Below, piece by piece: positions 1 through 9,057 of a stretch of 24,000 bases of DNA (position 1 is its first letter; each line of letters starts with the position of its first letter). The DNA comes from Tetragenococcus halophilus subsp. flandriensis (GTDB taxonomy: Bacteria > Bacillota > Bacilli > Lactobacillales > Enterococcaceae): assembly GCF_030161475.1 (NCBI RefSeq), contig NZ_BSUG01000014.1, positions 1,148 through 25,147 on the forward strand, written 5' to 3'. A model generated the notes under the pieces. It was given only the letters and a program-made list of their open reading frames with translations. It was not told where the DNA came from and made no database searches. The position numbers and the translations under genes were made by a program.

Positions 1-569
<569 letters not shown>

Positions 570-575
570 TTATCA

Positions 576-584
576 TTGTAGCAT
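576..584 (-). promoter_or_regulatory. Candidate extended -10 promoter for pyrH (TGcTACAAT on the minus strand)
   Basis: The reverse complement of 576..584 reads TGCTACAAT, about 34 nt upstream of the pyrH ATG. No good -35 hexamer is present. Confidence 0.35.
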
Positions 585-697
585 ATTCATTGTATTTGCG
601 CAGTTGAAAAATTACGCTTGTTTACTTTTTTGCTTTAAACAATAACTTTTTATTTTTGAATAATTTTTATTGTAAAATGTTAACACACGCAGCTCAC

Positions 698-729
698 AAA
701 AAATAGGAGCGCATCTGCATGCGTTCCTA
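698..729 (-). terminator. Rho-independent terminator downstream of tsf
   Basis: An 11-bp stem (704..714 pairs with 719..729, one mismatch) has a 4-nt loop. On the minus strand it is followed by a U6 tract (A-run 698..703 on plus). It lies 19 nt after the tsf stop. Confidence 0.6.
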
Positions 730-747
730 TTTTTAAGGAACTAACGA

Positions 748-1629
748 TTATTGGTTAGCTTGGCTCTTTACTTCGTCTGCAAAGTTTTCTTCTTTTTTCT
801 CAATACCTTCGCCTACTTCATAACGAACAAAAGTATTGACTGTAGCGTTTTGTCCACTGACATATTTTTCAACTGTCATATCAGGATCTTTTACATAAGG
901 TTGGTCAACTAAGCAAATTTCTGCTTTATATTTGTTCAAGCGGCCTTCAACCATTTTTTCAACAATTTTTTCTGGTTTGCCTTCGCTATGTGCTTGTTCT
1001 GTTAAGATAGATTTTTCATGTGCCAATTCATCTTCTGGAATTTGGCTTTCGTCAATATAGCGTGGATTGATTGCTGCTACGTGCATAGCTACGTTTTTAG
1101 CAACTGATTCATCAGTAGTTCCGTTAACAACAGTTAAAACAGCAATACTACCGCCCATATGCAAGTAAGAACCAAATGCAGCATTATCTGTTTTTTCAAG
1201 TACTTCAAAACGACGGAAGCTGATTTTTTCTCCAATCACTTGGGTTGCTTCAATTAAAGCTGCTTCAATATTGCCATTGCCAGTTTCCAACTTCATTGCT
1301 TCATCCATATCAGCTGGTTTGTTTTTTGCAACAACTTGGGCAATTTCTTTTACTAGATTTTGGAATTTTTCGTTTTTAGAAACAAAGTCCGTTTCTGAGT
1401 TTACTTCAACAATCGCAGCTGTGTTTCCTTCAACAGCAACAGAAGCTAGACCTTCAGCTGCCACGCGATCACTCTTTTTGGCTGCTTTAGCCATTCCTTT
1501 TTCACGTAAAGAGTCGACAGCTTTTTCCATGTCGCCTTCAACTTCTACTAATGCTTTTTTAGCGTCCATCATACCGACGCCCGTTTTATCACGTAACTCT
1601 TTAACTAATTTTGCTGAAATATTAGCCAT
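748..1629 (-). CDS. tsf: Translation elongation factor Ts
   Basis: The 293-aa ORF has an EF-Ts N-terminal UBA-like segment ([22 protein letters not shown]) and the TDFV motif. The SD is GGAGGA, and the gene sits directly downstream of rpsB. Confidence 0.97.
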   Translation of the reverse strand: MANISAKLVKELRDKTGVGMMDAKKALVEVEGDMEKAVDSLREKGMAKAAKKSDRVAAEGLASVAVEGNTAAIVEVNSETDFVSKNEKFQNLVKEIAQVVAKNKPADMDEAMKLETGNGNIEAALIEATQVIGEKISFRRFEVLEKTDNAAFGSYLHMGGSIAVLTVVNGTTDESVAKNVAMHVAAINPRYIDESQIPEDELAHEKSILTEQAHSEGKPEKIVEKMVEGRLNKYKAEICLVDQPYVKDPDMTVEKYVSGQNATVNTFVRYEVGEGIEKKEENFADEVKSQANQ

Positions 1630-1666
1630 TTATTTATTCCTCCTGCTTCATTTGTAAAATATTTTT

Positions 1667-1721
1667 GAAAAAAAGCTGTTTCAAAGGAGAGTGCAGCTTT
1701 TCGCCCAGCCTTTGAAACAGC
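1667..1721 (-). terminator. Intergenic rpsB-tsf hairpin plus U-tract (attenuator or partial terminator)
   Basis: A perfect 14-bp stem (1673..1686 AGCTGTTTCAAAGG pairs with 1708..1721 CCTTTGAAACAGCT) encloses a 21-nt loop. On the minus strand it is followed by U7 (A-run 1667..1672 plus the stem base). Confidence 0.6.
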
Positions 1722-1735
1722 TCCGCTATTCAATC

Positions 1736-2533
1736 TTATTCAGCTGATTGGTTGTTACCTTCAACTACATCTACCATTTCTTCAAGTGAAGGAGCGTTTT
1801 CTGCAGTTACATTTTCTTCATCTACAAAGTCTTCTTCAGCGACTTCGTCTTCACCTTGGTTACCTTCAATCAATGCATCAGCCATTTTTGAAGTAATTAA
1901 CTTAACGGCACGAATTGCATCGTCATTAGAAGGGATAACAACATCAATTTCATCTGGGTCGCAGTTTGTATCAACCATCGCAACAATTGGAATATTCAAT
2001 TTATGCGCTTCTTGAACAGCAATGCGTTCTTTTCTAGGATCTACGATGTAAATAACATCTGGGATTCTAGGCATATCCGCAATACCACCCAAGAATTTTT
2101 CCAAACGATCGCGTTCTTTGTTTAATCCTACAACTTCTTTTTTAGGAAGTACGTCAAAAGTACCGTCTTCTTCCATACGATTAATATCTTTTAGACGTGT
2201 CACGCGTTTTTGGATTGTTTGCCAGTTAGTCAAAGTTCCACCTAACCAACGATGGTTAACATAGTATTGACCCGCACGGATTGCTTCATCTTTAATCGAG
2301 TCTTGTGCTTGTTTCTTTGTACCTACAAATAGAGCAACGCCGCCTTCTTCAGCGACTTCTCTCATATATTCATAAGCTGCGTCTACCAATTTAACTGTTT
2401 TTTGCAAGTCAATAATGTAGATGCCGTTTCTTTCTGTGAAGATGTATTTTTTCATCTTCGGATTCCAGCGACGTGTTTGGTGACCAAAATGTACGCCGGC
2501 TTCTAGCAATTGTTTCATGCTTAATACTGCCAT
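1736..2533 (-). CDS. rpsB: 30S ribosomal protein S2
   Basis: The 265-aa ORF begins [27 protein letters not shown], the S2 signature, and has an acidic C-terminal tail. The SD is GGAGGA. Confidence 0.97.
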   Translation of the reverse strand: MAVLSMKQLLEAGVHFGHQTRRWNPKMKKYIFTERNGIYIIDLQKTVKLVDAAYEYMREVAEEGGVALFVGTKKQAQDSIKDEAIRAGQYYVNHRWLGGTLTNWQTIQKRVTRLKDINRMEEDGTFDVLPKKEVVGLNKERDRLEKFLGGIADMPRIPDVIYIVDPRKERIAVQEAHKLNIPIVAMVDTNCDPDEIDVVIPSNDDAIRAVKLITSKMADALIEGNQGEDEVAEEDFVDEENVTAENAPSLEEMVDVVEGNNQSAE

Positions 2534-2655
2534 TTTAATTCCTCCATGTGGTTTTATTTTCCTCTCCTATCGATCATCTCGTTGAAGAACTGAACAATAT
2601 CAGCACCACTTCATTGATCACGATAAGATGTGGATTTAGTTTCTTTTCAGAAACC
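2534..2655 (-). promoter_or_regulatory. Roughly 120-nt structured 5' leader of rpsB (candidate autoregulatory leader)
   Basis: The length is inferred from the promoter at 2662..2690. A 5' hairpin forms from 2639..2644 and 2649..2654 (GUUUCU/AGAAAC, GAAA loop). A long imperfect helix of about 16 bp in three blocks forms between 2609..2627 and 2566..2587. Confidence 0.35.
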
Positions 2656-2661
2656 TTAAAT

Positions 2662-2690
2662 AGTATACTATAATTTCGCTATAATTTCAA
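2662..2690 (-). promoter_or_regulatory. Sigma-A type promoter of rpsB-tsf (TTGAAA-17-TATACT)
   Basis: On the minus strand the -35 TTGAAA is the reverse complement of 2685..2690. The spacer is exactly 17 nt, and the -10 TATACT is the reverse complement of 2662..2667. Confidence 0.55.
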
Positions 2691-2736
2691 CTATTTTATT
2701 CTTGGCCTAGTTAAATTTCTATCGCTTGTGGAAAAA

Positions 2737-3744
2737 CTAGAAACTTAGTCCCGGACAAGCATTTAAGCTTAAATCCGCCAGCTTATTTTTATTAAATTCA
2801 GTTTGTCCTGCTGCTGCGATCATCGCCGCATTATCCCCACATAAACGTAAGCTTGGGATGATTAAAGTAGAATTAGGTAATTGTTCTTCCACTTTTTGTT
2901 TCATTGTTTCGCGCAAACCTTGATTAGCAGCAACACCGCCTGCTAACACCAACTGTTTAACAGGATAAGCCTTAGCCGCATGTATTGTTTTTTTCACCAA
3001 CACTTCAACCACACTTGCTTGAAAACTAGCAGCTAAATCTTCTTGCGATAATGTCTCATTCCGTTGCTGGGCATTGTGGACGAGATTAATAAACGCACTT
3101 TTTAGTCCACTAAAGCTAAAGTCAAAATTATCTTCCTGTAACATCGCACGAGGAAAATGGTAACTGTCTTTTCCTAAATGAGCTAACTGGTCAATTTCTT
3201 TACCACTTGGATAGCTCAATTTCAAAACTCTTCCAACTTTATCATAAGCCTCGCCTGCTGCATCATCTCTGGTTTCTCCGATAATTTCATAAGAAGCGTC
3301 TTCTTTCATATAAACTAATTCTGTGTGTCCGCCACTGACAACTAAAGCTAGTAAAGGAAATTGCAATTCTTCTTCAAAACGCGCCGCATAAATATGTCCT
3401 GCAATATGATTTACCGGAACTAAGGATATGTTATTGGCCCAGGCAAAAGCCTTAGCTGCCTGTACACCAATCAACAAAGCGCCCACTAAGCCTGGCCCGT
3501 ATGTTACAGCCACAGCTGTTAGTTCTTTTTTGTCTACTTGTGCTTCTTGCAGGGCCTCATCAATACACAAAGTAATTTGTTCTACATGATGACGGCTGGC
3601 GACTTCCGGAACCACTCCGCCAAAACGTTTATGACTATTAATCTGTGAAGCTACAATATTGCTTAAAATCGTCTTACCATCTTTAACAACAGCAACACTT
3701 GTTTCATCACAGCTACTTTCAATACCTAATATCAATTCGCTCAT
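2737..3744 (-). CDS. tsaD: tRNA N6-adenosine threonylcarbamoyltransferase TsaD (Kae1/Gcp family)
   Basis: The 335-aa ORF begins [16 protein letters not shown] and contains a HIAGH metal-binding motif and a GGVAAN segment. It sits in an operon with tsaB. Confidence 0.95.
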   Translation of the reverse strand: MSELILGIESSCDETSVAVVKDGKTILSNIVASQINSHKRFGGVVPEVASRHHVEQITLCIDEALQEAQVDKKELTAVAVTYGPGLVGALLIGVQAAKAFAWANNISLVPVNHIAGHIYAARFEEELQFPLLALVVSGGHTELVYMKEDASYEIIGETRDDAAGEAYDKVGRVLKLSYPSGKEIDQLAHLGKDSYHFPRAMLQEDNFDFSFSGLKSAFINLVHNAQQRNETLSQEDLAASFQASVVEVLVKKTIHAAKAYPVKQLVLAGGVAANQGLRETMKQKVEEQLPNSTLIIPSLRLCGDNAAMIAAAGQTEFNKNKLADLSLNACPGLSF

Positions 3745-4207
3745 TATCTTTTTCTGGCCTCACTTTTTTTACCATTACTAACGCATCTTCTAGCGGTTTT
3801 GAATAATATCCGGTTCTATGACCTGTCTGATTAAAACCATTTTTTAAATACAAATTTTGAGCCGCCTGATTGGATACTCTTACTTCTAAAATAATTCGTT
3901 CCACCTGTTCAGCTAAAGCTATTTGATTTAAATGATGCAGCAAAAGATGTCCATAGCCTTTTCCTTGTTCATCGGGTGCAATGGCCAGATTAAAGACTTC
4001 CATTTCGTCTAAAAACTGATGATAACAAAGATAAGCTACAATCTCTTCTTCTTCAAGGATCAAATACCCACAATGCTTATTGCGAATTTCGGCTTCAAAT
4101 TGTTCTTCTGTCCAGGGAGAACCTGCGGCAAAACTTTTACTAGACAATGCAAATAGCTGCTGCGCTAATTTTTTTAGCGAAAAAAAACATTCATTAATTA
4201 AACGCAT
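3719..4207 (-). CDS. GNAT-family N-acetyltransferase, second RimI-like paralog
   Basis: The GNAT core reads [10 protein letters not shown]...[19 protein letters not shown]...YY...EDALVM. I prefer the ATG at 4207 (AGAGGG 7 nt upstream) over the track's GTG at 4210. That ATG shares its A with the upstream TGA stop. The 3' end overlaps tsaD by 26 nt. Confidence 0.8.
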   Translation of the reverse strand: MRLINECFFSLKKLAQQLFALSSKSFAAGSPWTEEQFEAEIRNKHCGYLILEEEEIVAYLCYHQFLDEMEVFNLAIAPDEQGKGYGHLLLHHLNQIALAEQVERIILEVRVSNQAAQNLYLKNGFNQTGHRTGYYSKPLEDALVMVKKVRPEKDNERIDIRY

Positions 4208-4740
4208 CACTTAACCCTCTTTACCATATAAAGTGCATCTTCATTTCCTATTCTGTAATAATTTGCCATCCTTTTTTTAGCCTCATACCCCAATTTACGA
4301 TACAGTCTTTTGGCATCGATATTACTTATACGCACTTCTAATGAAATCGTCTGACAGTGCTGTCTAAAGCCAAAAGCCTCAACTTCTTTCAACAAAAATG
4401 AAGCAATGCCATTTTTTTGAAAATCTGGGTGTATGGCTATATGTGTAATATGTAAATCGTCTAAAGAAGCTCGGCTGCCGACAAAACCGATAATTTTATT
4501 TTGGTATAAGACACACAGATACAAATGAGCATAACGTGAATACAATTCTGCTAAAAAAGCACTACGTGTCCAAGGAAGCTCGCCGGCATAAACCTCCCGC
4601 TCTAATTGAAGCAGTTCTTTAATATCATCTGTGCTCATTTGGCGTATTGTAAATTTTTTGTCCGCAATTTCTTGTTCATGCGTGACATAACGTTCTTTGT
4701 GATGGAAAGTTGAGAATGCAGATCTAAATCTTTTCAACAT
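4207..4740 (-). CDS. rimI: Ribosomal-protein-alanine N-acetyltransferase-like GNAT (RimI family)
   Basis: The GNAT core reads IAIHPDFQKNGIASFLL...LEVRISNIDAKRLYRKLGY...YY...EDALYM, in the conserved position between tsaB and tsaD. I prefer the ATG at 4740 (MLKRF..., GGGGTG 7 nt upstream). The track start at 4755 has no SD. Confidence 0.75.
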   Translation of the reverse strand: MLKRFRSAFSTFHHKERYVTHEQEIADKKFTIRQMSTDDIKELLQLEREVYAGELPWTRSAFLAELYSRYAHLYLCVLYQNKIIGFVGSRASLDDLHITHIAIHPDFQKNGIASFLLKEVEAFGFRQHCQTISLEVRISNIDAKRLYRKLGYEAKKRMANYYRIGNEDALYMVKRVK

Positions 4741-5440
4741 AATTTTGCACCCCATTTTGATGCGTTTTTAACCATTTTTCTTCGGCTTCTACACGTTTTA
4801 GATAATTCGGTAAAAATTGATGGATATCACTAACAGGGCTTTCGTCTTGCGCTAATTGGCTAAGCACTACGCCATTAGGATAGTCCCATTGAGCAATCGA
4901 GTTAATCTCTGCCAAAGGAAGTTTTTCAGAAATCTGCGGCTGAAATTTTTTTACATCAGCTCCCACAAAGCGACATGGTTGATCTTTTAACTGCTCCAAT
5001 AAGTTCTCAAGGGAAATATGCTGATCTTCTAAGATATTTATTAGTTTATGATTTTTCCATTGATAGACACCAGCGTAAACATTTTCCCTACGAGCATCAA
5101 AAAGTGGGACAATCCAATCTTGTTCATTGATACAATTGGCCGCAATAGTTTTTAAACTTGAAATACCTACCAGATCTATAGACAAGGTATTTGCCAGTGT
5201 TTTTGCTGTCGTTACACCAATGCGTAAACCTGTGTAAGACCCCGGTCCTTGGGCAACTGCAATACGGTCCAAATCAGCAGGTGTTAAACCAACACTTCCC
5301 ATTAAAAAATCTATCGCTGGCATCAATGTTTTACTATGCGTTTTATTTACCATCGTTTGTAATTGCCCTAAAATTTTCTGATCTTCCATAATAGCAACTG
5401 CCATCGTCGGATTAGATGTGTCCATTGCCAGTACTTTCAT
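4724..5440 (-). CDS. tsaB: tRNA threonylcarbamoyladenosine biosynthesis protein TsaB
   Basis: The N-terminus MKVLAMDTSN...GPGSYTGLRIG is typical of TsaB. I prefer the start at 5440 (GAAGGGA SD). The track's 14-codon extension to 5482 would overlap the predicted promoter. Confidence 0.9.
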   Translation of the reverse strand: MKVLAMDTSNPTMAVAIMEDQKILGQLQTMVNKTHSKTLMPAIDFLMGSVGLTPADLDRIAVAQGPGSYTGLRIGVTTAKTLANTLSIDLVGISSLKTIAANCINEQDWIVPLFDARRENVYAGVYQWKNHKLINILEDQHISLENLLEQLKDQPCRFVGADVKKFQPQISEKLPLAEINSIAQWDYPNGVVLSQLAQDESPVSDIHQFLPNYLKRVEAEEKWLKTHQNGVQNYVEKI

Positions 5441-5472
5441 TTGTCTGTTCCCTTCTTTTAAAATCCTTACAT

Positions 5473-5481
5473 ATTTTATCA
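5473..5481 (-). promoter_or_regulatory. Candidate extended -10 promoter of the tsaB operon (TGaTAAAAT)
   Basis: The reverse complement of 5473..5481 is TGATAAAAT, about 33 nt upstream of the tsaB ATG at 5440. The -35 is poor. Confidence 0.4.
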
Positions 5482-5901
5482 CGAATTTGTAAAAGAAACT
5501 AGGATTGACAACCTAGGATGAAATGTAAAAAAATAATAGAACTTTTTTGTTGTTATTATCCATTAAGTCATTGAACAAGTAAGGAAACAGAAAAACACTA
5601 TTTGTTCATGGACCGAATGACTAGTAAAAAGAGAAATTTTCCTCCTTCACAAATGGCTTAAAAGGATAAGTTAATTTTCTCTTAATGAAAATTTAATATA
5701 TTAACAAAAACTGTTTTGATAGCTTTTTCAAAAGTTATATGTTATTTTTCAATTAAATATAAAGCGCATTCATTAGCATTTAATTAGAGGATAGCGTTAA
5801 AATTATATTATAAATTCATTGTTTTTAATTTATCAGTTTTCTTATTTAGTAACCCTGGCTTGCTAAAAAGTTTTATTAAAAAAAGAAAGGCGGAAAATAA
5901 T

Positions 5902-7197
5902 ATGAGACAAAAGAAAAAAATTTTATTCAGTATCTTTATCAGTCTCATTTTTTTATTTTTAAGTGGTTTTAGTTTTTTCAATCGTTCCGAGGATAAGCAG
6001 AAAGTAGAGATTGAATTTTTTAATCAAAAGTCGGAAATTGCTGAAGGTTTGCGACATGCTGGTAAGTCTTTTGAAAAAGAGAATCCTAATGTAAAAGTCA
6101 CCATTACTACTGTAACCTCAAGAGATGGTGGTGCTGCATTATTGTCAAAGTTTACTTCGGGGAATGCGCCAACAATGATGATGTTAGGCGGTTTACCAGA
6201 TATTGATTTTTACAAAGATTATCTGCTTGAAATGAGTGATTTCAAAATCACAGACGAAATGCTCCCGCAACTTCTAGGAGCTGGAACATTAAATGATGAA
6301 ATTTTAGCATTACCTATGGGTATCGAAGGATTCGGTTTTATGTATAATAAAGAAATTTTTGCAAAAGCGGGTATTGATCCAAAAGAAATTCAGAGTTTTG
6401 CTGACTTTAAACAAGCTGTCGAGACCTTAGATGATAAAAAAGAAGAATTGGGATTAGCTGAAGTTTTTGCTTATGAAGGTGAAGACGAAAATGTGGCCAA
6501 CCACTTTTTTGCTAATTTTGCAGCTTCAGAGTTTAATGATGATAACAATGTCGCCTTTAACGCAAAAGAACTAAATTGGAAAAATGGCGATCGTATGAAA
6601 GAATATACCGATTTAATCAATCAGCACACCGTACAACCAGTAGTCACCATGACTAACCCCCATTCTGTAGAAGATTTATTTTTTAACGATGAGGTCGCTA
6701 TGATCCATCAGGGAAATTGGATTGTTCCTGCTTTAGATGACATGGATCCTTCATTTGTCCAAGAAAAATTAGGGATTTTACCAATATTTGCTGATGATGA
6801 TTTGCCAGGAAGAAATGTTGCTGGTTCCAATTGGGTTATCGGTATTAACAAAACAAAATCTAAAGAAGAGACACGAGCTGCGGTTGATTTTTTGGACTTT
6901 TTATATACGAGTGAAAAAGGAAAAGAAATCGTCTCTGATGAATTTCAATTAGTCCCACCAACAAAAGATGTTGATATTGATGACATTTCCGCGCCTGTTT
7001 CTCGCCAATTATATCAGGAAGTTTTGGACGATAAAGCTGCGCCTATGACTTACAAACAAGAGCCTTATGGTTTTTTACGAGCATCCTTAGCGCCTAATTT
7101 CCAAAAATATCTAGCAGGTCAGCTTTCTTGGGAAGAATTGACAAAGCGAACCTCAGCTGATTTCAAACAAATGAGACAAGTACAAACTGTTGATTAA
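5902..7197 (+). CDS. Extracellular solute-binding protein of a CUT1-type sugar ABC importer (no lipobox)
   Basis: Its size and composition are typical of family-1 sugar-binding proteins, and it is followed by two MalF/MalG-type permeases. I prefer the start at 5902 (MRQKKKILF..., AAAGGCGGA SD). The N-terminus is hydrophobic but contains no cysteine. Confidence 0.85.
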   Translation: MRQKKKILFSIFISLIFLFLSGFSFFNRSEDKQKVEIEFFNQKSEIAEGLRHAGKSFEKENPNVKVTITTVTSRDGGAALLSKFTSGNAPTMMMLGGLPDIDFYKDYLLEMSDFKITDEMLPQLLGAGTLNDEILALPMGIEGFGFMYNKEIFAKAGIDPKEIQSFADFKQAVETLDDKKEELGLAEVFAYEGEDENVANHFFANFAASEFNDDNNVAFNAKELNWKNGDRMKEYTDLINQHTVQPVVTMTNPHSVEDLFFNDEVAMIHQGNWIVPALDDMDPSFVQEKLGILPIFADDDLPGRNVAGSNWVIGINKTKSKEETRAAVDFLDFLYTSEKGKEIVSDEFQLVPPTKDVDIDDISAPVSRQLYQEVLDDKAAPMTYKQEPYGFLRASLAPNFQKYLAGQLSWEELTKRTSADFKQMRQVQTVD

Positions 7198-7225
7198 CTC
7201 ATTATTTTTGTAGGAGATGATGTCA

Positions 7226-8095
7226 ATGAACCATTACAAGAACATGAAAAAAACTTATTGGCTTTTTTTAGCACCGGTGTTAATTATTTTATTTCTTGTC
7301 ATCGTTCTGCCGTTTATTTACGGCATTTATACCTCATTTACCAACTCTAATGGCTTAACGATGTCCTTTATTGGCCTAACGAACTATAAGGAGTTATTCA
7401 GTGATCAGCGCTTTCTAGAGAGCATGAACGTTACCTTTTGGTTTTCAGTCTTTTCTGTTGTCTTGGTCAATATCATTGGTTTAGCTCTTGGCTTATTAGT
7501 GACAACTATTCAAGGGAAATTTGCCACCTTTTTACGAACCACTTTCTTTGTTCCTAATTTAATCGGTGGTGTAATTTTAGGATTTATCTGGCAATTTATT
7601 TTCATCCAAGCTTTTTCTGCTATTGGAAGTGCAACCGGTATCAGTTTTTTTGACAACTGGCTAGCAACTAGTGTTTCTGGCTTTTGGGCACTAGTCATTG
7701 TCTTTGTATGGCAAATGAGTGGCTATGTCATGCTGATATATATTTCTTTTTTAACTTCAATTAGTCAAACCGTACTTGATTCAGCCAAAATGGATGGTGC
7801 CAATGCTTGGCAAATGTTTTGGTATATCAAGTTTCCGACAGTAGCTCCCGCTTTTACTATTAGCTTATTTTTAACATTAACAAATGCTTTTCGACTTTAC
7901 GACTTAAACTTAACTTTAACCAATGGTGGGCCTTTTGGTTCTACAGAAATGTTGGCAATGAACATTTATAACACAGCTTTTCAAGAATACAGCCAAGGAT
8001 ATGCCCAAGCAAAAGGTGTAATATTCTTTATTATTGTAACGATTGTAACAGTGATTCAATTGAACTTAACTAGAAAGCGAGAGATGGATGTATGA
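7226..8095 (+). CDS. Sugar ABC transporter permease (MalF/UgpA-like)
   Basis: This is a multi-pass hydrophobic protein with an EAA-type loop (LDSAKMDGANAWQMFWYIKFP). The GGAG at 7213..7216 favours the third in-frame ATG at 7226 over 7217 or 7220. Confidence 0.85.
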   Translation: MNHYKNMKKTYWLFLAPVLIILFLVIVLPFIYGIYTSFTNSNGLTMSFIGLTNYKELFSDQRFLESMNVTFWFSVFSVVLVNIIGLALGLLVTTIQGKFATFLRTTFFVPNLIGGVILGFIWQFIFIQAFSAIGSATGISFFDNWLATSVSGFWALVIVFVWQMSGYVMLIYISFLTSISQTVLDSAKMDGANAWQMFWYIKFPTVAPAFTISLFLTLTNAFRLYDLNLTLTNGGPFGSTEMLAMNIYNTAFQEYSQGYAQAKGVIFFIIVTIVTVIQLNLTRKREMDV

Positions 8096-8919
8096 AAAAA
8101 CAACTCGATTTCAATAAATTACTGGTTATTATTTTAGCTATCGTATTATCACTCAGTTGGTTATATCCTTTCTTTTTAATTTTCATTAATTCATTTAAAA
8201 CACGTACCGAAATTCTCTCTAATGTCATTGGCTTACCTGAAGAAATCACACTTACTAACTATCCCAATGCATTTCAGGCTATGAATTATGTATCAGGTTT
8301 TGGCAATTCAGTGATTATCACTGTGGCTAGTGTAGGCTTAACTGTATTATTTAGTGCCATGGCTGCTTATGTATTGCACCGCCGCAACTCAAAATTAAGT
8401 ACTTTCATTTATTACTTTTGCGGCGTTACGATGCTGATCCCCTTTCAAGCCATTATGATTCCTTTGATCAATCTTTTTGGACAAATCAATTTATTAAACC
8501 GTACAGGCTTAACTATCATGAATATTGGTTTTTCGGTCAGTTTGTCTGTTTATCTTTATTACGGTGCTATGCGTAGTATTTCAACAGATTTAGATGACGC
8601 AGCAAACATTGACGGCGCAAGTCGCATGAGCATTTTCTTTCGCGTAATCTTACCCATTTTAAAACCTACCACTGTAACAGTTATTATTTTAAATGGAATG
8701 AAGATATGGAATGATTATCTATTACCTTCATTAGTGGTTAATCAACAGGGGATGCGTACATTGCCGTTAGAATTATATTCATTTTTCGGTGAATTCACCA
8801 CACAGTGGGAACTAGCATTAACCGGACTATTATTAGCAATTATTCCAGTGATTCTCCTCTTTATTTCTTTACAAAAATACTTTATTGCTGGGATAAGTGA
8901 GGGTTCTTTGAAAATGTAG
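8092..8919 (+). CDS. Sugar ABC transporter permease (MalG/UgpE-like)
   Basis: The EAA loop reads LDDAANIDGASRMSIFFRVILP. An ATGA start/stop overlap with the upstream permease suggests translational coupling. Confidence 0.9.
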   Translation: MKKQLDFNKLLVIILAIVLSLSWLYPFFLIFINSFKTRTEILSNVIGLPEEITLTNYPNAFQAMNYVSGFGNSVIITVASVGLTVLFSAMAAYVLHRRNSKLSTFIYYFCGVTMLIPFQAIMIPLINLFGQINLLNRTGLTIMNIGFSVSLSVYLYYGAMRSISTDLDDAANIDGASRMSIFFRVILPILKPTTVTVIILNGMKIWNDYLLPSLVVNQQGMRTLPLELYSFFGEFTTQWELALTGLLLAIIPVILLFISLQKYFIAGISEGSLKM

Positions 8920-8950
8920 TCACTAGTATCGGATAATTTTTACTTAAAAA

Positions 8951-8994
8951 TAGCGCTAGCAAGCAAAATTCATCAAATTTGCTTACTAACGCTA
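8951..8994. terminator. Shared hairpin between the convergent ABC operons
   Basis: An imperfect stem of about 17 bp pairs TAGCGCTAGCAAGCAAA with TTTGCTTACTAACGCTA. On the minus strand it is followed by U5 (A-run 8946..8950). The trailing sequence on the plus strand is only moderately T-rich. Confidence 0.5.
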
Positions 8995-9057
8995 TATCAA
9001 TTTATCTTTTAGCTACAGAGTTAGCTGATTGATTAAAAATCTATATATTTAATATGA

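Noticed and set aside
1271-2015. The plus-strand ORFs 1271..1657 (128 aa) and 1752..2015 (87 aa).
   Set aside because: They are antisense to tsf and rpsB, which are strongly supported. Their products are Ser/Thr/Ala/Phe-rich and low-complexity, typical of the reverse frame of a coding region, and they have no SD.
2545-2634. A repeated CCACAU hexamer in the rpsB leader (once next to the SD, once upstream), considered as a possible SD-sequestering pair.
   Set aside because: It is a direct repeat, not a complementary pair. A single 6-mer repeat within about 120 nt is expected by chance.
5191-5391. The plus-strand 66-aa ORF inside tsaB, and the similar nested or antisense ORFs at 7510..7698, 12671..12862, 14063..14308, 18779..19117, 18820..19002, 19887..20201, 22225..22641, 22298..22483 and 22631..22828.
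   Set aside because: All lie entirely within, and mostly antisense to, well-supported genes (tsaB, permease, aga, galT/galE, galK, glcK). They lack SD sequences and recognisable motifs, so I treat them as frame shadows.
4741-5482. The N-terminal extensions in the ORF track for tsaB (to 5482) and rimI (to 4755). Similar extensions occur for the binding proteins (5860, 12029), the aga regulator (15539) and the rhomboid gene (23831).
   Set aside because: The extended starts lack SD sequences or sit on top of them, and they would overlap predicted promoters. Internal starts give canonical family N-termini with well-spaced SDs.
5637-5647. A strong SD-like AAGGAGGAAAA on the minus strand, which could mark a hidden small gene.
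   Set aside because: No ATG, GTG or TTG lies 4-12 nt downstream. Only an ATT follows, opening a 27-codon frame of unremarkable sequence. I kept it only as an element within the 5483..5901 finding.
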